A stretch of DNA of 64,000 nucleotides. Origin: the human T2T-CHM13v2.0 reference genome, Homo sapiens. The translations under genes were made by a program, and so were the position numbers. This document shows, one piece after another, positions 57,714 through 64,000 of this stretch. Numbering within the stretch: the stretch's first letter is position 1; each line of letters begins with the position of its first letter. The notes below the pieces were generated by a model. It worked only from the letters and a program-made list of their open reading frames with translations. It was not told where the DNA came from and searched no databases. The stretch lies in the NCBI RefSeq assembly GCF_009914755.1, contig NC_060929.1; one strand, 5' to 3'.

Positions 57714-59088
57714 TGTAATATTTAAATTCCCAAGTCTTTATTTATTTCATTGAATTGAATAAATACCTAGTGAACACTCAAAAAAGGATTTTGTTTCATT
57801 TTTTTTTTCTTGATTTGTTTTAAGTTGATCACAGCCAGGCTGTTCACCTGGGCTGTGCATTTCCATCCCCTGACTGCATTTCCACAGCCAAGGCCATTTT
57901 AAAGCTGAGAAACGAAAACTTGGGTCAAAGTCACTTTGTGCTTTCCATTGCATATATGGATCAACCTTCTGTAGAGCAGCCTAATGGTCTAGCCAGCCAT
58001 TCCTCATTTCCTATTTTCAAATTACAACACTCATGTATGTTTTGGGAGCCTCAGCACACCTATATTAACACTTGAATGAAGCATTTGCTGTGTAAATCAA
58101 CAATCATTAATATTTGCAGTAGGAAGAAACAGCCACACAAAGTGTGGTATGTCAACTTTACCAGCCCTCCAGAGGCCAGTTTTCTCACAGCAAATCCTAG
58201 CGCATATTATCACCAAAATGCTAGTGCCTATGTTTCTAAAGCATATGAAGATGTTTCTTTTTCTTTTCCTCAAAGAAAAAGAATAGAGCAAACTCAGAAA
58301 AATGATTAAATAAAAATGTAATGGAAGGAAATCCAAGGCAACCGAAAAAAGGAAGAAAGGAAAAGGAAATTCACTCCTCAGAATTCAGGAATAAAATACC
58401 AATAAAAACATAAATATATGTAAAAAGCATGCTGTTCTTCCTAAATACTCAAAGCAATGGATTCCAAGCATAGCTAAAAAGCATTGGTTCCTAACAGAGG
58501 CAGGACTCAAGTTTTACAGAATGATTAATCTGATTGTTAAACATACTTGCTTACAAAACCAAAAGTGGAGTGAAAACACACAGTGGCTTGCATCCCACGA
58601 AATGGGCCAATTGAGATATATAAACTACAAGAGACTAGGTTTAAATAAATTATGGTTAAATCAAGCAGACAAAATGCAAGGCATTCCAAATTTTTCTTGG
58701 GAGGAGACCTCAATTGATCCAAGTGGCCTCCCAGGTCAAGCAGTTGCATCTTAGTTTATAACCACGGAGGAGGAAAGCGTCCCAAAATAATGCTGACAGA
58801 AAGGGAAAGGGAAAGTTTATAAAAGAAAAATGTAACATGACATGGCCAGTTAATTTGTTGCTGCCCTGTTCTTCGCATCATCTACACCACAGCCAGCTGG
58901 CAGCCAAAGCCCTTGGACCATCTCTAGATGAAAAAATCAGGACAACCTGGAAGCTTCTACTGAGCAGAGTTTTTAAGACTCTTCTGTATGTGAAAAAAGA
59001 CATTGGTGGATGCTCTCTTCAGGGGAGGGTGGTTGTGAGACACAGTTCATCCCTTTAAGGAATGTAGCAAAGCAGACGTGTGCATATG

Positions 59089-59112
59089 CACACACACACG
59101 CACACACACACA
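59089..59112. repeat. Interrupted (CA)n microsatellite
   Basis: cacacacacacgcacacacacaca. Confidence 0.9.
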
Positions 59113-59492
59113 TCTTTACTACAAAGCAGAGCCCTTTCAGAGCCACGGAAGAAAAGACAAGTGCCCTGTGAGTTCAGGAAATTCTCAGTGTCCTTAAGCA
59201 AAAGTAGTTTTACCCTCCTTTAAATTCCCATAGCATTTTGTGCCTTAGATCTCTTGATTAAGAGGAGAAATAACAACAATGGCCTCATATAATAAGAGGA
59301 TGAATGTGTGAAGTGCGTGTGTATGAAGAATACCAAAAATAGATTCAGATGTAAATGTAGTCAATTTTAACAAAACAGGTATGGAGTGTCCACTATCTGT
59401 CCGGCACTGCCCCAGGCATTGGGCACAAAATGAGTTTTCTTATGCTCACTGTGATATGGTCTTATAAAATGTAACTTGGAAAATCAGTTACA

Positions 59493-59779
<287 letters not shown>

Positions 59780-59815
59780 TCCCCAGTTAGAAATGAAAAT
59801 ATGCATATAAGTAGG

Positions 59816-60464
59816 TGACAGTGATGGTGGTGGCGACCCGTCTGAGGCGATTGCTGTGAAGACACCAGCTTCAGTCGGGGAGGCGCAGCTGGGGCTGTGC
59901 ACTTAGCAGAGCTGGTGGAGGCCAGGAACAGGTGGAAGCCCTGTCCCCTACTGAGCTGGGAGACAGGAGCCCCATGCTTCTGAGCAAGAGGCAGCCACAC
60001 AACTGCCACTTTGGACCTAGGCATTCCTGTGCTGTAGGAGGCCTGGGAAGTTTGGCTGCCCCTGCAGGCTTGGAAGTGCTTGCTCCTGATCCCTGGCTTC
60101 TACCTGCTCCTGGTGCCTGGTCTGATTTTGGAGTAAAGTTGAAGCCACCCCAGGTGCTGCCATGACCTGGGCAGGTGTGCATGTGCTTGGGGCAGTGTTG
60201 ATACACCCCCCCACCTCGGCCCCCTCTGAAATTTTGCACCAAGGAGCTCAGGGATGGATGCCAGGGGTGGGGCTGAGGGTGGCCTGGCACAGGCCTGCAG
60301 GCACTCCTCTGCACAAACAACCTGGGCTCCAGTAGTGTGAGTTGAGTATGCCAGGCTGAGTGGGTAGAATAAGCCCAGTGGGCATGAGCAATACTCAGGC
60401 AGAAGGTGCCCCTGGCCACAGAGGCTCTCGGCTGGCAAAATAACAAGCCAAGGATTCCATAACC
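59816..60464. mobile_element. MER52-like ERV1 LTR, internally deleted
   Basis: GC-rich; start ggtggcgacccgtctg...ggggaggcgcagctggggctg and end ggccacagagg...ggctggcaaa...caaggattccataac match the recalled MER52 termini. Confidence 0.8.
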
Positions 60465-60875
60465 ACAGCATTTATTCTCTGAAGAAAAAACAGAGTTTCC
60501 TTTCTATCAGGGGCAAGACTTTCCTGTACCATGTAGGCCACCAGGACCATGATTCCAGCCTGAGTTCCCCATCTTCCTTAAATCTAAAAAATCAGGAATT
60601 GTGGCCTGATATGAATTTTCTGTATTTGAAAATGTTTAAGAGAGATTGCCAATTTATCTACCACCATAGGGATTCACAGATAAGCTTTGTTATTACTGGC
60701 AGTCTATCATGGTTGGGAGTTCAACAAATCCATGAGACATCCATATAATGTTGAATGAATTATTACCAAACTCAGTTTTGTTGACTACATATTTCAACCA
60801 CCATTAATATCTGAAGTCATGTCTAAATGGAGAATTGGTGAGCACACCTGCAGGAGTATGAGTCTATGAGAAACT

Positions 60876-61331
60876 ATTTTAGTTGCCTGGATATGATGTA
60901 GCAAATTATCAACAAACTTCTGTTGTTGACTTAAAACAACAGGAAGTTATTCTCTCACAGTTCTGAAGCCCAGAAGTATGAAGTCAAGATGTTGGCAGGA
61001 CATCCTTCCATCCAGAGGCTCTAGGAGAAAATACTGCCTTGCCTCTTCCACCTTCTGGTGGCTGCTGGCATTCCGTGGCTTGTGGCTGCATCTGTCTTCA
61101 CATGTCCCTCTCTCGTCTGTGTGTCTCTCATCTTCCATCTCTTATAAGACCTTTGTTGTTGGATTTTGAGCCCACCTGGATAATCCAGGATGATCTCATC
61201 TTGAGGTTATCATGTAATTACACCTGCAAAGATGTACTTTTTTCCAAATAAGGTCACATTCACAGCTTCCAGAGGTTAGGCTATGGACATACTTTTTTTT
61301 ATGGGTGGGGATCATCACTCAACCCTCTACA
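60876..61331 (-). mobile_element. MLT1C-like MaLR LTR
   Basis: ttaaaacaacag...ttattctctcacagttctg...cccacctggataatccaggatgatctcatc...aataaggtcacattcacag. Confidence 0.85.
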
Positions 61332-64000
61332 AGAAGCTTTGTGGAGAATAACATATCCAATAGGAAGGGAGAATTCAGGCATCTAAGTTGATCCCCAAGA
61401 TAATGGGTCAGAAATATAGGGTATGTAATAGCAACAGGCTATGTATGGATTTAATTAATCCCAGTCCCTCTAGTGTTGGATCATTGGAATTTCTGTAATC
61501 ATCTTTGAAAATCTCATTAAAATGAAAAGACTAAAGGGCATGTCCACCCTCAGGATGCTGATGCTTTGAGTCTGCTGGCTCATAGCTTAGAAACAGAGTA
61601 GGGGAAACTGTGACAGTATCTCTCTATTACCAGGTTCTAGCTCAGATCCTGACATATAGAAATAATAGCTGAATACATTAATGAATGATCAAAACCCAGA
61701 TCCTAAGCTCAGCACCATCTTCAGGCAGCAATAAGAACCGGAGTTGTTTTAGAGCCATTGGAAAGGAATAAATAACTGGGTGAGTGGAAAGTTTCTGAAA
61801 CCAGCCATTATTAATGTCAAGTTTCCTGGAGTCTTCTATTCATGAAAAGCCAAGTTCTGTACCTTACTTCATAGAAATGTCTCAGTGTGATATACTATCA
61901 TCATATTTTGGCAGTGAGGTCACAGCATTGGAAGTCAGGTGACAAGGGAAATAGTCACATGCATTTCTAGTCATACCACCTTGAGAAAGCAAGTTGTCTC
62001 CCACCAGCCTCACTGGTCAACGAATGTGCCTTGTCCAACGAATAATCCATGTCCACACCAAATGCACGTGAGATCTCCCACCTGCCAGTCTTAGCAGCAG
62101 AACCACAGCACTGCCCTTCCCGTGGTGTGTCTCAGAGTTTTCTGGGTCCTGAGTGTCTTGAGATCAGAGCCTGTTTTAGCTCTAGTCTAACTGCTTCTAA
62201 TTGGAGTAGGGTGCAGGCAGTTTAGTAGGCTTTATACTAATCAATTGTGTCTTTTATACCAAGTTCTCCCCAACCCTTACAGTGGGCCAAGGGGTTGGGA
62301 CATTTGTTCTCTTGCAGTGCTCATGGCGAGCACTGGCACTGCTGACCTCCAGATGGGAGCAAAACTGTACAGTAGATGCTGGGTCCTCTTTTTTGTTTGC
62401 CTCCCTATTGCAACACCCTATAGTAGCATTTCTTTGTTCAAATCACCTGCATAGCCACATTCCAACAAGCCATGTTCCCATACAAGTGGGACAAGATATC
62501 TGAAGTGTTGCCAACAACAGACCTATCACTTCCTTTTGCTTTTCCCTGGCAATTCCCCTATGTACCACAGAGTTTTCCTATTACATCTTTAGGATACACA
62601 GGGTCAGTTGAGTCCCTTTCCTCTAGGTAGTGCATCACCCATTCTGCATCTCTGGCACATGATGTTATGGTGATACCAGTTGTTTAGACAGTAACATACT
62701 TCCATGTTGGTTAGTCTATGTGGCTTCTACCTTGTGTTTCCCAAGGTCCTGTCTCTAGCTCCTCCGTCTCCTCCCTTGTCGTCCCCTGACCTCTCCATTA
62801 TTAGTAGCTAAAATTTAGTGTCCTGCACAGGAGGCATCCAGAACCCTGCTCCAGCTGTGTGGTTAATGTCTATTCTGCCTGTTCAGTGCCTGGCCCACAC
62901 CAGCTGTTAATTTTTTGAATATCACCTCTGCATCTGTGACCTCTCTGCACCTTCCTCTCCCCAGCTTCCAAAGAGACCTATTCAGTGTGGTATCCTGGGA
63001 CCTGCTTTGCTGAAGAAGAGAGAAAAAAAAAAACAATTTAAATCACTGTTGGGCCCCTGCTGCTTTCATTTAAGTTATGTAGCCATTCTTGATCTCAGAT
63101 ACTACATCTGCAAATTACAGGAGTTAAACTGCGATCTCTAAGCACCTGCCCCCAGCTCTGAAATCCTATGATTTCATATTATTTTGAGAAAAAGAGAATG
63201 TTAGTCCTAAAAAAGGTTAATGAATGATGACTCAACAATTAATTAAGCTGGTGTTTACTGACTGCCACAATATAGCCTTGGACCCTGTGAGCAACAGAAT
63301 TCTGAACTTGTAGGTATGAAACTGATCTGGGATGCTGCCATTCTGTGACTGTTCCAAAGAACAAGAATAAAGTAGCTGATTCAGAAGACACCTCTAATTT
63401 ACACTATTCCATGCCCTTAAGAGAGGTTATGAAGTCAGAGCCAGACAATCTCAATTTAACAAAAAAGTACTAACAGGAAGAGAATGTCCCTGAATGAGAC
63501 TATACTGATGGCTATTTGTTTGGCAATTTCTAGGCTTGTCTTTTTTTTTTACTGCTTTCTCTTTTTTTGCCCATAGCCCAGATTACTAGATCACATTGTG
63601 TCTATGTGACAAGTAAAAAGAGGCTTTCATCAGAAAGAAAATAAGGAAAGGACTTGGAGAATCCCCAGGCAACTTGTAACTCTCCTCACTTCTGTAGCAG
63701 TTCTAGCTTGCACCAAGGTCTTTTGTGTGCTGGCTCTAAAATGTCAACTGCTCATGGAATTGGGAAACCCGTTATCATGGGTTGCTGTTTCCATTCATAG
63801 GGCTATTACTGAGATGCCAGGGATCCAAAAATTTCCATAGTTTAACTCATACAGAGTGACATGGAAAACAGAAAGAAGCAAAACCTTGTAATAAAAACAA
63901 GTGTTTTTCCTATATAATCCTGTCCTCTTAATTTCACAGTTCCCTAACTCCTGCACAAGGCAGGGTAGCTGGGAAAGAAGATCATGTTGGTATCATTTAC

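Noticed and set aside
59871-60446. 191-aa and overlapping ORFs
   Set aside because: They lie entirely within the GC-rich MER52-like LTR, where stop codons are rare.
63538-63620. Strong polypyrimidine tract plus AG (ends ~63576), a possible splice acceptor
   Set aside because: No convincing downstream donor or open frame is visible; it cannot be supported without transcript data.

Overview
This is AT-rich, CpG-poor primate (human-like) non-genic or intronic DNA, made mostly of decayed transposable elements. I find no credible host protein-coding gene, intact RNA gene, CpG island or CRISPR array; the ORF track is explained by L1/Alu/LTR remnants and chance ORFs. Main contents: (i) an old ERV-L provirus (gag-pol-dUTPase, LTR33-like 3' LTR; 1-8.8 kb) split by a 5'-inverted (twin-primed) L1PB that itself carries an AluY; (ii) a second ERV-L pol segment (24.4-28.4 kb) with another ERV-L element and an MST LTR nested in it; (iii) a full-length but dead L1PA7-like LINE-1 with TSD (43.6-49.7 kb); (iv) nine Alus or Alu fragments, MaLR LTRs, MER52, MER2, MER44, L2, MIR and old L1M pieces. 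I cannot support a wholly new biological system. The most unusual items are retrotransposition or repair by-products: a TSD-flanked tailless tRNA-Arg(ACG) retrocopy with a possible pre-tRNA leader, a 141-bp local templated duplication spanning an ERV deletion junction, an L1 carrying an antisense piece of L1 3' UTR inside ORF2, a tiny orphan polyadenylated insert, and a 4x17-bp expansion in the L1 5' UTR segment associated with ZNF93. Family and subfamily names come from recalled consensus sequences, not from a database search, and boundaries of old elements are approximate.
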